From an uncultured Gammaproteobacteria bacterium (lineage in GTDB: Bacteria; Pseudomonadota; Gammaproteobacteria; SZUA-229): a stretch of 64,000 nucleotides of DNA. Made by a program: the position numbers and the translations under genes. Below are positions 9,786 through 19,852 of the stretch, one piece after another (positions within the stretch are counted from its first letter, which is position 1; every line of letters starts with the position of its first letter). Under the pieces are notes generated by a model. That model had not been told where the DNA came from. It ran no database searches and worked only from the letters and a program-made list of their open reading frames with translations. The stretch lies in contig CAVYHW010000045.1 in NCBI GenBank assembly GCA_963768215.1, forward strand, positions 1,821 to 65,820. Direction: 5' to 3'.

Positions 9786-11936
9786 ATGGACTCACCTAAC
9801 ACCCTTTCCAATGATCACATAAATCAACATGTTCGACTGGAAGAAATTCGATTACTGTATGGCGGCTCACCTTTTTCCTTCTCAGCTGCAATAGTTATCA
9901 TACTGATCATCTATAACGTTTTACTCGGTCATGTTGCATCAGAGCGAGACCTCAATATCTGGTTATTCAGCATCCTTGGTGTAATGTTATTGAGGAGCAT
10001 CGATTGTTACCTTTTTTCAAAACAGAGCAAGCAGCAACAACTGGATAAAAGCTGGCGAGTACGCTTTTTTGTCGGCACGGGTGTTGCCGGCTTTTGCTGG
10101 GGCCTCTTACCCTGGTTAGGTTATTCGGCAGAGATTGAATACTTCAGTTTTATCATAGTGTGCCTGATCGGCGTGATTGCCGGCTCCCTTTCTACCCTGT
10201 CTTATCGCTGGGAGACCATCGCATTATTTTTATTACCTGCCAGCCTGTTACTGATTTTCAAACTTCTCATGGAAAACAAAAGTTTCTTTAATGAGACGTC
10301 CTTCGTACTTCTGGTTTTTATCTTTTTTTCATTGACTGCTGGAAAGAAAATATTCAATAATACTCAACAGAATATACGATTGCGGCTTGAAGCAGATATC
10401 CGTGAGCACGCTATCGAAATAATGCATCAAAAACAGGCGCTTCACCTACAAAACACTCCGCTAGCAATTATCGAATTTGACATCGATCTCAATGTGACTG
10501 AATGGAATACAGCGGCTGAGAACATCTTTGGTTACACTCACCACGAAGCCATCGATGAGAACATCATGCGCCTGATCCTGCCTCGCGAAAATTCTGATGA
10601 GGCCGAAAAACTATGGCAGCGTTTACTCAATCACGAAGCTGTCGTTGGCTCAGTTATAGAAAACAAAAAAAAATCCGGCGACTCTATTTTTTGTGAATGG
10701 TTTATTACTCCTCTGACTGATGAACAAAATATCATCGTCGGCATAGCCGCCATGGCGCTAGACATCTCCGACAAAAAACAAAATGAGATCGCTATTTTAA
10801 AATCCAAGGAAGAAGCTGAAAAAGCCAACCAGGCAAAGTCAGATTTTTTGTCACATATGTCACACGAACTCCGCACGCCGCTAAATGCTATTCTTGGTTT
10901 CACCCAGCTTCTTACCTACGAAAAAACCCTAACTGACAAACAACGATCTCATATTAGTGAAATAAATAAAGCAGGCAACCTGTTACTGGAACTGGTCAAC
11001 CAGATCCTTGACCTCGCAAGAATAGAAAAAGGCCATCTACATCTGTCGATGGAAAAAGTAACACTGGCACACTGCTTTAAAGATTGTCGGGACATGGTCT
11101 TACCGCTCGCCAACAAAAATGACCTGACGCTTGAAATAAACCCGAAAATCAACGGTTATGTTATTGCTGACTACACAAGACTAAAACAGGTGATGCTAAA
11201 TCTGTTGAGTAACGCTATCAAATATAATATCAAACACGGAAAGGTTTGTTTAAAAGCTCAGCAAAAAGAAAATGGCATCGTAAGAATCTGTGTTATCGAT
11301 ACCGGCGCTGGCATTTCAAAAGAACTGCAACAGGAGATTTTCCAACCTTTTAATAGGCTGAATGCAAACAGCAGTATCGAAGGCACAGGTATTGGACTAT
11401 CTATCAGTAAACAATTAGTAGAGATGATGCACGGCACAATCGGTGTCAGCAGCAAAATTAATAAAGGCAGTACATTCTGGATAGAGCTATCAGGCAGTCT
11501 CAATATCTCCACTGCCCTCGAGCATGAAACTAAAACTACTGATAACAAGCCTACGATAGAGAGCACCTCGAAATCGAATCACAGCATCCTGGTAGCTGAA
11601 GACAACCCGACCAACCAGGCACTCATACTGAACCAGCTCAAAGCTTTAGGTTACAACGCTGAACTTGCAAAAAATGGACAGGAAGCCCTTAATAAAATGG
11701 TCAGCAAACAATACCAGTTATTATTAACAGACTGTAATATGCCATTAGTCGATGGTTACAAACTCGCTAGAACAATCCGTGAACGGGGCAATCACAAGCT
11801 ACCTATCATTGCTTTGACTGCCGATGCTTTCCCTGAAAAAAAAGCTGCATGTCTAAACGCAGGAATGAACGATCAGATTACAAAACCAGTTGATCTGCAA
11901 ACGCTTAAAAACATCCTTGAAAAATATCTAGCTTAG
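9786..11936 (+). CDS. Hybrid sensor histidine kinase/response regulator with multi-TM N-domain and PAS domain
   Basis: HisKA H-box SHMSHELRTPLNAILGF, HATPase N/G boxes (NAIKYN…, GTGIGLSISKQLVEMMHG), C-terminal receiver (LVAEDNPTNQ…LLLTDCNMPLVDG), and 5-6 N-terminal TM helices. Confidence 0.9.
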   Translation: MDSPNTLSNDHINQHVRLEEIRLLYGGSPFSFSAAIVIILIIYNVLLGHVASERDLNIWLFSILGVMLLRSIDCYLFSKQSKQQQLDKSWRVRFFVGTGVAGFCWGLLPWLGYSAEIEYFSFIIVCLIGVIAGSLSTLSYRWETIALFLLPASLLLIFKLLMENKSFFNETSFVLLVFIFFSLTAGKKIFNNTQQNIRLRLEADIREHAIEIMHQKQALHLQNTPLAIIEFDIDLNVTEWNTAAENIFGYTHHEAIDENIMRLILPRENSDEAEKLWQRLLNHEAVVGSVIENKKKSGDSIFCEWFITPLTDEQNIIVGIAAMALDISDKKQNEIAILKSKEEAEKANQAKSDFLSHMSHELRTPLNAILGFTQLLTYEKTLTDKQRSHISEINKAGNLLLELVNQILDLARIEKGHLHLSMEKVTLAHCFKDCRDMVLPLANKNDLTLEINPKINGYVIADYTRLKQVMLNLLSNAIKYNIKHGKVCLKAQQKENGIVRICVIDTGAGISKELQQEIFQPFNRLNANSSIEGTGIGLSISKQLVEMMHGTIGVSSKINKGSTFWIELSGSLNISTALEHETKTTDNKPTIESTSKSNHSILVAEDNPTNQALILNQLKALGYNAELAKNGQEALNKMVSKQYQLLLTDCNMPLVDGYKLARTIRERGNHKLPIIALTADAFPEKKAACLNAGMNDQITKPVDLQTLKNILEKYLA

Positions 11937-11975
11937 ACTATAAATCAGGATAACAATAAAAACATAGAAGAAGAC

Positions 11976-12251
11976 ATGTCAAAACCAAGCGACGAAGAAC
12001 TGGCAACAGCACTAAAAATGGCAGAACAGATGCGAGACAAAAACATCGACCCTTTTTTTGTTGCCAAATCCCTATTGAGCCATAACTACCGTATAAGGTA
12101 TCTCGAAGAGATCCTGCAGACTGCTGATCGTTACATCAACCAGGGCATGTCAGAACAGGAAAAGACACATCTAATTCGCACCATTCAAAAAGCAAAAGAC
12201 GCAGAATCTTTTACTTCAGGCCACACCATAGAAAGTTTTGGTCTGGAGTAG
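11976..12251 (+). CDS. Hypothetical 91-aa protein
   Basis: ORF 40 nt downstream of the kinase gene. No recognisable motif. Confidence 0.45.
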   Translation: MSKPSDEELATALKMAEQMRDKNIDPFFVAKSLLSHNYRIRYLEEILQTADRYINQGMSEQEKTHLIRTIQKAKDAESFTSGHTIESFGLE

Positions 12252-12462
12252 GCATTATAAAGTGTTTGCGGGCCACCTACAGACACTCTAATGTCATGTA
12301 AAATATCGGTCACCAATCATAGATAAGCTTTCTATGATATGGCAGTTGTTAATATACTACATACAATTACCGATCATCTATCACTTTAAAAGTTCTTTAC
12401 CTGTAAAAAATATACAATAAGCGATTGACTAACGTCCAGATCAATAGAGAAAGCACATACTA

Positions 12463-13128
12463 ATGAACATTTCTGAAGCTTTACAACAACGAAAGTCCGT
12501 TCGAGCATTTCTTGACAAGCAGGTAGAAGAAGACAAGATCAACTTCCTTCTTAGTGCCGCCAGCCACGCACCCTCAGGCGCCAACATACAACCCTGGCAA
12601 GTAGCTGTAGTCACAGGAAAAACAAAGCAATCTCTGCAAACTAAGATCGAAAATGCTTTTCGAAGCGGTGATAAGGGCAAGGCGGATTACACTTATTATC
12701 CGGAGAAATGGACAGAACCATACAGAGCACGACGTCTCGCCTGTGGCTTACAGATGTACTCCGCTCTAGGTATAACGCGAGAAGACAAACAACGTCGACT
12801 AGATCAGTGGTGCGCAAACTACAGAGCTTTTGATGCACCAGTAATGCTGCTATTTTTCATGGAAGGTCATATGCAAACAGGATCATTCATTGATTATGGT
12901 TTATTTTTACAATCGATCATGCTGATCGCAACAGAACACGGTCTGGCTACCTGCCCGCAAGCATCACTGGCTGACTATCCACAGATCATAAAAGCAGAAT
13001 TAAATTACCCACAAGACAGTATCCTGATATGCGGCATGTCATTAGGATACGAAGATAAAAATGCCATAGTAAATAGTTATCGCACACCTCGTGAGGAAGT
13101 AAATTCATTCACACGATATTTTAGTTAG
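12463..13128 (+). CDS. Nitroreductase-family flavoprotein
   Basis: N-terminal QRKSVRAF and the NfsB-like fold signature (PSGANIQPW). Confidence 0.85.
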   Translation: MNISEALQQRKSVRAFLDKQVEEDKINFLLSAASHAPSGANIQPWQVAVVTGKTKQSLQTKIENAFRSGDKGKADYTYYPEKWTEPYRARRLACGLQMYSALGITREDKQRRLDQWCANYRAFDAPVMLLFFMEGHMQTGSFIDYGLFLQSIMLIATEHGLATCPQASLADYPQIIKAELNYPQDSILICGMSLGYEDKNAIVNSYRTPREEVNSFTRYFS

Positions 13129-13342
13129 AAAATATTTAGCATGTCTGAGGTCAGAGACAAAGCTCATGACAGCCCGTTCAGGGTCGGCAACAATCTATCA
13201 GCTCAGTATCACGACCGCGGATAAGCGGCCATTAAGCGACGCTCACTTGAATGACTTTGGATGCCTGCAATCAATCATAAGCGGACTTGAACGACTTTTT
13301 CTAACAACAAAGATCGCCACAATAGGAGACCTTCAAGATTGA

Positions 13343-13507
13343 TTAAATTTTAATCCCTCCGACACCCTCATATTCTCTTAAATGTCTGCGTGGACGGTAA
13401 TACGTTGCAAAGATTCGAACAGCATTGTCATCTGTTATGTAATCGTCGAGTCGATCAGGAAATAAAGTGGCTTGATTTCTATTTTCACCTTCAATGAAGT
13501 CAGTCAT
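13343..13507 (-). pseudogene. IS5/IS1182-like transposase N-terminal fragment (54 aa, truncated)
   Basis: Translation MTDFIEGENRNQATLFPDRLDDYITDDNAVRIFATYY matches the conserved N-terminus of IS5/IS1182-family transposases (…nRnQ..LfP..Ldd.ip.dhpvR.i..fvd). It is followed immediately (13548-13572) by a 25-bp end repeat. No DDE domain follows. Confidence 0.5.
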
Positions 13508-13547
13508 GACGATGCCTTTCTGAATGAAAGCTATATTATATAGAAGT

Positions 13548-13572
13548 TGGGGTTTTCACACAGTCTGGACCA
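13548..13572. repeat. Terminal repeat GGGGTTTTCACACAGTCTGGACC of the IS remnant, shared with the downstream MITE
   Basis: The same ~20-mer recurs at 14822-14840 (direct) and 14660-14678 (inverted). Confidence 0.6.
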
Positions 13573-14657
13573 GGAGCGGTCGCCCGTTGATGCGTATTAC
13601 GGGCGAGGTTAGGAGAAGAGGGAATCTATTAAATTAAACACCATGGCCATGCGCCGAAAGATGCATTACGATAACCGCAATAACCTAAACCTAAGGAACT
13701 GAACTGTCTCTTAAATCAGGCGGCTATCTGTCTAGATTGGTTTGACGACTTACAGGTTCAGAATCGGTAACTGAGTTCAAAAAAATGTAAATCAACCCCA
13801 CGGTTATTAGAGCCATAAAATCGGCATCAGAAAAGTGTTGAAACCGCCAACCGCCCACAATATTTCCTGGAAAATGATAAAAGATCCCGCCTTGACCAAT
13901 GATTTGAACGTGCCCTCCAAAATCTTGTTCGTCATAATGCTGGTTACTGAGAAAAGCCACACCGGTCCCAAATTCAGGCTCACATTCCAGTCCCGCTTCG
14001 TTAACGTGACACCCGGACCAGTAGTGGCGATAAATCCGTTCTCTCCGCCCCCATGCAACAGGCCGGCAGAAGCATACCATAGGTACCGCCCTTCCCATCC
14101 CCGCGGCCATTCCCAACTCCCCGGGAACCCGAAAATACCGAAGACATCATATTGATTAAATTTATGTTTTTCCTCGGGAGGAATCCCTCTTAAGTTCTCT
14201 CCTGCCCGAATCCCTACCGAGATAAGCTCAAATTTTTCAGATCCCTGGCTGTGACTTACTCAGGAAGAAAAAAGAAAAATACCAAACTAAGAAAGACACT
14301 AAGTTTTTTGGCGATGGACATAGAAAAACATCATAGAAAAAAGCATCTTACGGCAATAAAGGGGACGCCGACAACTGATAAACATTGTATTTGTCACCGA
14401 CTCCTTTAGCTTACATGAAGCGTTTTATGGTATGTACCGGGAGTCGGGATTGGGTCGCTCATCAGCACTCGATACACGACTCTGAAGTGCTCTCAAACCC
14501 GAAAGACTACGTAGGAATGGGCGGGAGCTTACTGCATTCTAATTGATAAGTAAGGATAAAGGAATAAAAGGGAGGTGTGTTTACTGATTTTCAAAGTATG
14601 AGAGAAGGTCCGTTATGTGTAGCGATTTCTAATATTAGCTGTGGCTAACAGACTGTT

Positions 14658-14842
14658 TTTGGCCCAGGCTGTGTGAAAAGTCGGGAAAAATTTGGGCCGA
14701 TGCTGAGCCAGCCCTAAATATGAAAGGTTGTGCATCAATATAGTGATAAAGATATCCACTTGAAACGAATTACTGCTCAATATCGGCGTTGATTTACCAC
14801 TTTCACAAATGACAATTAGTTTTCACACAGCCTGGACCCATA
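14658..14842. mobile_element. ~185-bp MITE-like element with 19-bp TIRs (GGCCCAGGCTGTGTGAAAA … TTTTCACACAGCCTGGACC)
   Basis: Inverted repeats with one mismatch, same sequence as the IS-fragment end at 13552. No ORF inside. Confidence 0.6.
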
Positions 14843-14905
14843 GCGGACGCTAGCTAGCTAATGTCATAAAGCCAGTTGCAGTCGACTGCCCTGAAGACCA
14901 CTGGA

Positions 14906-15484
14906 TTATTCGGTGGTTACTGGACTCTTCCAGATTCTGCGCAACATGCGGATCGCGACCTCTAAGCCGTCATAGGCTGTTTTCGGTTGAACTTCCTTGA
15001 ACTCATCCCAGTGATCGTTGGTGAAAGCACCATCTGCGATTTCACCTTCCGGATCGGACAGGTAATAGTGGACGCCACCAGGCTCGCCATTCGGTGACAT
15101 CATAATCTCCACCAGCAGCGCGTAATCCGTTCCGATGCCCGCCTTCCTGACCTGGGCAGCGAAAGCTTTCGCACTGTTCGCGACGATCTTTGTCTGATTG
15201 GGGCTGAACACGAAGTCGTATTGGACTCGTTCCTTTACGAGCAGCGGTTTCGCCAGCTCCTCGGTTTCCAGGAATGTCACGACTTTCTCCGCCATCGGGA
15301 TACTTGGATGAATGGTTCCCGGTGGTTTGATCACATTCACCGGGTATACCGATACGGAAACCGGTTCCGACCTGGCATGGAATTCCTTACTGGCTTCAGG
15401 TGAAATATAGGGATAACACGCTGACAATAATAGCGTTGCCAGCAGCAGAAAAGAAATACGGCAAATCTGACCCGAAAACGACAC
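14906..15484 (-). CDS. Putative lipoprotein (192 aa)
   Basis: Signal peptide plus lipobox LLLSAC; soluble domain of unknown function. Confidence 0.55.
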   Translation of the reverse strand: MSFSGQICRISFLLLATLLLSACYPYISPEASKEFHARSEPVSVSVYPVNVIKPPGTIHPSIPMAEKVVTFLETEELAKPLLVKERVQYDFVFSPNQTKIVANSAKAFAAQVRKAGIGTDYALLVEIMMSPNGEPGGVHYYLSDPEGEIADGAFTNDHWDEFKEVQPKTAYDGLEVAIRMLRRIWKSPVTTE

Positions 15485-15915
15485 TCGTTTCCTCCAATGT
15501 TAATTCCCTGTATAAAAACAACCCTCAAAAGCCATGATACACAGTTACATATGACAGTTCATGACGAAGATCAATAACAAGACATACAGGCATAACAGAA
15601 ACGCCCCTGAAAGCCCTGTGAGGTGGGTAGGGAGCTGTGCTGTGGCAGAAGAAAGGATTCAACGAGGACCTTAGTCTTGAATAAGGCGGTTCCATAAGGA
15701 GCCGTTTTATGTTGTGTCGAACGTCTGTTATGTGCCGTATATCCGCAGTCGATTTAAATTTTTGGGAGTCCGCTAACAGTCTCGGCTAAAAGCGGATCTC
15801 GGACGCATGATAATATAGGGATTTATCGAAAACCATTCTTAGTAAATACAATTTGCCCTGGCTTGTACTAAGCGTATTATTGTAGTGTCAAATTAATAAT
15901 TGAGGGGACATAACA

Positions 15916-16167
15916 ATGGATTCAACACAATGGTGGGGACATGGGTTCGGCTTCATGTGGTTATTCCCGATATTCTTTTTTGTGGTGTTCTTCTTTTTTA
16001 TGCGAGGTATGTTTGGACGGGGTTCGTCTGGCTGTGGTTCACACGGGGACAATGCGTCAACTCGGGAAAGTGCGCGTGAAATATTGGATAAACGTTTCGC
16101 TAAAGGTGAAATAACTAAGGAAGAATACGAGGGAATGAAGAAAACGCTCGAAAACGATGCTTCATAA
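15916..16167 (+). CDS. Small membrane protein with C-terminal SHOCT domain
   Basis: One hydrophobic helix (FMWLFPIFFFVVFFFFM) followed by AREILDKRFAKGEITKEEYEGMKKTL, which fits the SHOCT short C-terminal domain. Confidence 0.6.
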   Translation: MDSTQWWGHGFGFMWLFPIFFFVVFFFFMRGMFGRGSSGCGSHGDNASTRESAREILDKRFAKGEITKEEYEGMKKTLENDAS

Positions 16168-16435
16168 ATGTGCAGCTAGAAATGGCTGTAATTAAAGGGG
16201 CGGTGGGACTAAAAATCAGACTATTCCATAAGTCCGCTTTGTATTGGACTTTCCCTGTTGATGAAAATAAATGAGGGTCTGCTAACCAGGATATGTTGAG
16301 TTTTCGATAGCAGTTGCACTCACTTAGTTAGAACTCTTATGATTGACCCGAATCAATATTACGATTGACTGGCTGTAATATCATTAAAGCGTTTAATGTG
16401 AAACATTACTGCAAGCAGTTCATAGGAGAGGATAT

Positions 16436-17167
16436 ATGAAATCAATACTTACAAGCGCTTTCTTAGCAGGCGCGCTGTTATTTGTTCTGGATACATGGGC
16501 GGCTGAAATATCTGGGTTTGTAGGTCACAGCTCGATGCAAGTAGCACCCAATATGACAGTAAAATTAACTAAAGGAGATAGTGGTCAAGTAGTTGATATT
16601 GATGAAACAAATTTTTTTGGTAAGTATAGCTTCGAAGATGTCAGTCCTGGGTACTATAAATTACAGGTCGGAGATATTACCCGTGAATTAATGATTAAAG
16701 GCAGTAATGAGGAGAAACGAATTGATGTAGATCTTAGCGCTAAAAGCGGTGCTATGCATTACGGTAAGGCCATGAAGGAATTAGATACTAATGCGAAGAG
16801 CGCAGCAAGTGGAAAGCCAATGACTAATAATCAAAATCTGGCTAGCCAGATTGCAGGTGACTGGCGGGGGTATGCTGGCTCAACAGAACGTCGTATAGGT
16901 CTTTGTCCTGGTGGAGCTTACCGAGATTACACTGAGTCAAGTTATTCAGGTGGTTCATATAGTAATCAGGGTGCTGCATGGGGTGCAGCCAGTCAGCACG
17001 GTGGTCAAGGTAGCTGGGCTATACAGGGTGACGCGCAGAGTGGTGTGATATCAGTACGCTATAACAGTGGTGAAACGACCTCTCTAAACTATCGCCAAAT
17101 TAATGATCCAGGATGTCTTGATATCAACGGCAATACGCTGTGTCGCACCTCAGCAACGTGTGAGTAA
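16436..17167 (+). CDS. Secreted protein with CarboxypepD_reg-like N-domain and Gly/Ser/Cys-rich C-region
   Basis: Signal peptide (MKSILTSAFLAGALLFVLDTWAA). KYSFEDVSPGYYKLQV resembles a carboxypeptidase-regulatory/transthyretin-like beta-sandwich. Four C-terminal Cys. Confidence 0.5.
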   Translation: MKSILTSAFLAGALLFVLDTWAAEISGFVGHSSMQVAPNMTVKLTKGDSGQVVDIDETNFFGKYSFEDVSPGYYKLQVGDITRELMIKGSNEEKRIDVDLSAKSGAMHYGKAMKELDTNAKSAASGKPMTNNQNLASQIAGDWRGYAGSTERRIGLCPGGAYRDYTESSYSGGSYSNQGAAWGAASQHGGQGSWAIQGDAQSGVISVRYNSGETTSLNYRQINDPGCLDINGNTLCRTSATCE

Positions 17168-17726
17168 TGGTAGCGATTAGGGACGCTTTATATTCTGGAT
17201 GTCCGTTATGCGCCGGTTTCGGTTTTGCACTGTCAGTACAGCTAAATGAACGCCTGCTTTAAGGTTTGCTTTTTCTTTTGATCTTCATCCACCTTAAACA
17301 AGCCATTGAGAGCGCGCAGTCATCATGGGCTTTCTGTGAAAACTGTTTGAGCGTGCGTGTTTTTAAGGGGCGAGTTTTTTCACAGCATGATGACTGTGCT
17401 ACTTCGGTGGGAATCCCTGTGTTTTTTACAGGGACGTAGTCATAGTGGCGGCATGTTACAAAACACGTCCTGTGTTTTGCCTTTCAGGCCAGCTAAAAAG
17501 CAGCTGTTCAATTTTGCTCCCGGCAAAATTAGTTTGGTTACTTTTCTGTTGCTGCAGACAGAAAAGTGACTCGCCGTCAGGGCGAAATCCGAGGTAACAA
17601 AAAACAAACAATGTATCGAAGTCGAAAAAGAGTAACTCGCCCGCGGTGCGAGAACCGCAATGCCAAATACAAACACAGTCCTAATAGCTAAACCACCAAA
17701 CCCAATAAAAACCACAAACAATAAAA

Positions 17727-17760
17727 AAGCCGGGCTGACAAAATCAGCCCGGCTCTCTAA
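17727..17760 (-). terminator. Rho-independent terminator of rpsT
   Basis: GCCGGGCTGAttttgtCAGCCCGGC hairpin followed by a T-run on the minus strand, just downstream of the rpsT stop. Confidence 0.6.
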
Positions 17761-17779
17761 TTCAATAAAACGTAAAAAC

Positions 17780-18043
17780 TTACGCCATTGAACGAATATT
17801 ATTGTTCATGCGGCTTTTATGACGCGCTGCTTTATTGGCATGAATTAAACCTTTACCTGCGATACGATCAATCACAGGTGCGGCTTCTTTATATGCTGCT
17901 TCTGCAGCCGCCTTGTCACCCGCTGCAATTGCATAATAAACTTTTTTGATATATGTACGCATCATTGAACGCGCGCCGGTATTACGCGTGCGATTATTTT
18001 CCGCCTGTTTTGCGCGTTTTTTAGCTGAAGCTGAATTTGCCAA
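17780..18043 (-). CDS. rpsT: 30S ribosomal protein S20
   Basis: [20 protein letters not shown]…KAARHKSRM is S20. The likely TTG start gives ~87 aa; the longer ORF extension is probably not translated. Confidence 0.85.
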   Translation of the reverse strand: MANSASAKKRAKQAENNRTRNTGARSMMRTYIKKVYYAIAAGDKAAAEAAYKEAAPVIDRIAGKGLIHANKAARHKSRMNNNIRSMA

Positions 18044-18241
18044 TGTTCTAAACCATCTTGAAAAAAGAGCGCGTAGATTGCCTGTTTCCTGATGATTTGT
18101 CAATACTAATCTAATTTCTGGTCTGCTTTATTACTTAAACCGCGCGGTATTCCACTCGGCATTTAAGGGTTTAGAAAATATCACTCAACAGGTAGAATGC
18201 CGCATCAATAGACAAAGGAGACGGCTCTGAGCACCAAGTTA

Positions 18242-19786
18242 TTGCGATCCACCTTTACCGTAGGCGGAATGACGTTGCTGTCCCGTGTTTTTGGCCTGTT
18301 ACGTGATATCACACTGGCCACCTACTTTGGCGCCTCTGGCGGTACAGACGCCTTCCTGGTTGCCTTTAAAATCCCTAATTTTATGCGCCGCCTGTTTGGT
18401 GAAGGCGCTTTTTCACTGGCTTTTGTTCCTGTGCTTTCCGAATACAGGGAAAAGCGTGATCAAGCCGCACTCAAAGACCTGGTTAATCATGTCGCAGGCA
18501 CACTGGGTGGGTTTTTATTGACCCTGTCCCTGCTGGGTATGATATTTGCTCCCGCACTGGTTTATATCTTTGCGCCCGGTTTCACTAAAGATGCCGGACA
18601 AATGCAGCTCACAGCCGATTTATTACGCATCACCTTCCCCTATATCTTTTTTATCTCGCTGGTGGCTTTTGCTGGTGGCATTTTAAATAGTTACCATAAA
18701 TTTGCGATTCCGGCTTTTACCCCGGTGTTATTAAATTTGTGCCTGATTGCTTCGGTATACTTACTTGCGCCCTATTTTGATGAGCCGCTGATGGCGCTTG
18801 CCTGGGGCGTGGCTTTGGCCGGTATAACACAACTGCTTATACAGTTTCCTTCACTGATCAAACTGGGATTGATGCCGGCACCAAAAATAAAACGCGGTCA
18901 CGAAGGCGTTAAAAAAATCGTTCGATTAATGCTACCCGCCATTTTTGGCTCATCAGTGGCGCAGATTAATTTATTGCTGGATACCGTCATCGCCTCCTTT
19001 TTAATCACCGGCAGTGTCACCTGGCTTTATTATTCCGACCGCCTGCTGGAATTTCCATTGGGCGTATTAGGTATCGCCATCGCCACGGTGATTTTACCCA
19101 CGCTGTCACAGCAACATGCCCGCGCATCGGCAGAACAGTTTAATAATACGCTCAACTGGGCTTTACGCCTGGTAACTTTAATTACTTTCCCGGCCTGCGT
19201 CGGGCTGTTTATTCTTGCCGGCCCTATTCTGGCATCACTTTTTGAATATGAAAAATTTACCGCCAATGACACTTACTTTGCCAGCCTGAGCTTAATGGCT
19301 TACATGCTTGGCCTGCCGGCTTTAATCAGCATAAAAATACTGGCGCCCGGTTTTTATGCCAGGCAGGATACACGCACCCCTGTACGAATCGGCATTATCG
19401 CTATGGTGTGCAATATGCTCATGAATATCGCGCTTGTTGTACCGCTGGTTATGTTTGACTATGAAGCACCGCATATCGGCCTGGCGCTGGCGACCAGTTT
19501 TTCTGCCTATATTAATGCCATGCTGCTATATAGTGGATTACGCAATATCGGTGTATTTCAACCTCAGCCTGGCTGGCCGGCATGGATTTTTCGCATAGTA
19601 ATAGCCAGTACGGCCATGGCGGCAGCTATTACCTGGCTGACCCCCGGGGCGGCACAATGGAGTCAATGGCTGTTGTTTGAACGCCTGACAAACCTGGGGC
19701 TTATTATTGCTTCAGGCGCTTTTGTTTATTTTGTTTTACTCTGGTTACAGGGAGTGCGCCCGAATCAACTTAAAAAATCAGTATAG
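18242..19786 (+). CDS. murJ: Lipid II flippase MurJ/MviN
   Basis: 514 aa, 14 TM, N-terminal LLSRVFGLLRDITLATYFGASGGTDAFLVAFKIPNFMRRLFGEGAF typical of MurJ. Divergent from rpsT as in many gammaproteobacteria. Confidence 0.9.
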   Translation: MRSTFTVGGMTLLSRVFGLLRDITLATYFGASGGTDAFLVAFKIPNFMRRLFGEGAFSLAFVPVLSEYREKRDQAALKDLVNHVAGTLGGFLLTLSLLGMIFAPALVYIFAPGFTKDAGQMQLTADLLRITFPYIFFISLVAFAGGILNSYHKFAIPAFTPVLLNLCLIASVYLLAPYFDEPLMALAWGVALAGITQLLIQFPSLIKLGLMPAPKIKRGHEGVKKIVRLMLPAIFGSSVAQINLLLDTVIASFLITGSVTWLYYSDRLLEFPLGVLGIAIATVILPTLSQQHARASAEQFNNTLNWALRLVTLITFPACVGLFILAGPILASLFEYEKFTANDTYFASLSLMAYMLGLPALISIKILAPGFYARQDTRTPVRIGIIAMVCNMLMNIALVVPLVMFDYEAPHIGLALATSFSAYINAMLLYSGLRNIGVFQPQPGWPAWIFRIVIASTAMAAAITWLTPGAAQWSQWLLFERLTNLGLIIASGAFVYFVLLWLQGVRPNQLKKSV

Positions 19787-19852
19787 CGTCGCTATCTGGT
19801 AGGATATGCACTAACCCAAATCAAACATTAAACCACAAACACTGAAGCACCC

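Noticed and set aside
13724-14155. Three mutually overlapping ORFs (130 aa, 83 aa, 106 aa)
   Set aside because: No start or RBS context, overlapping in all frames, Pro/Gly/His-rich. Treated as non-coding or degraded DNA and reported as a finding instead.
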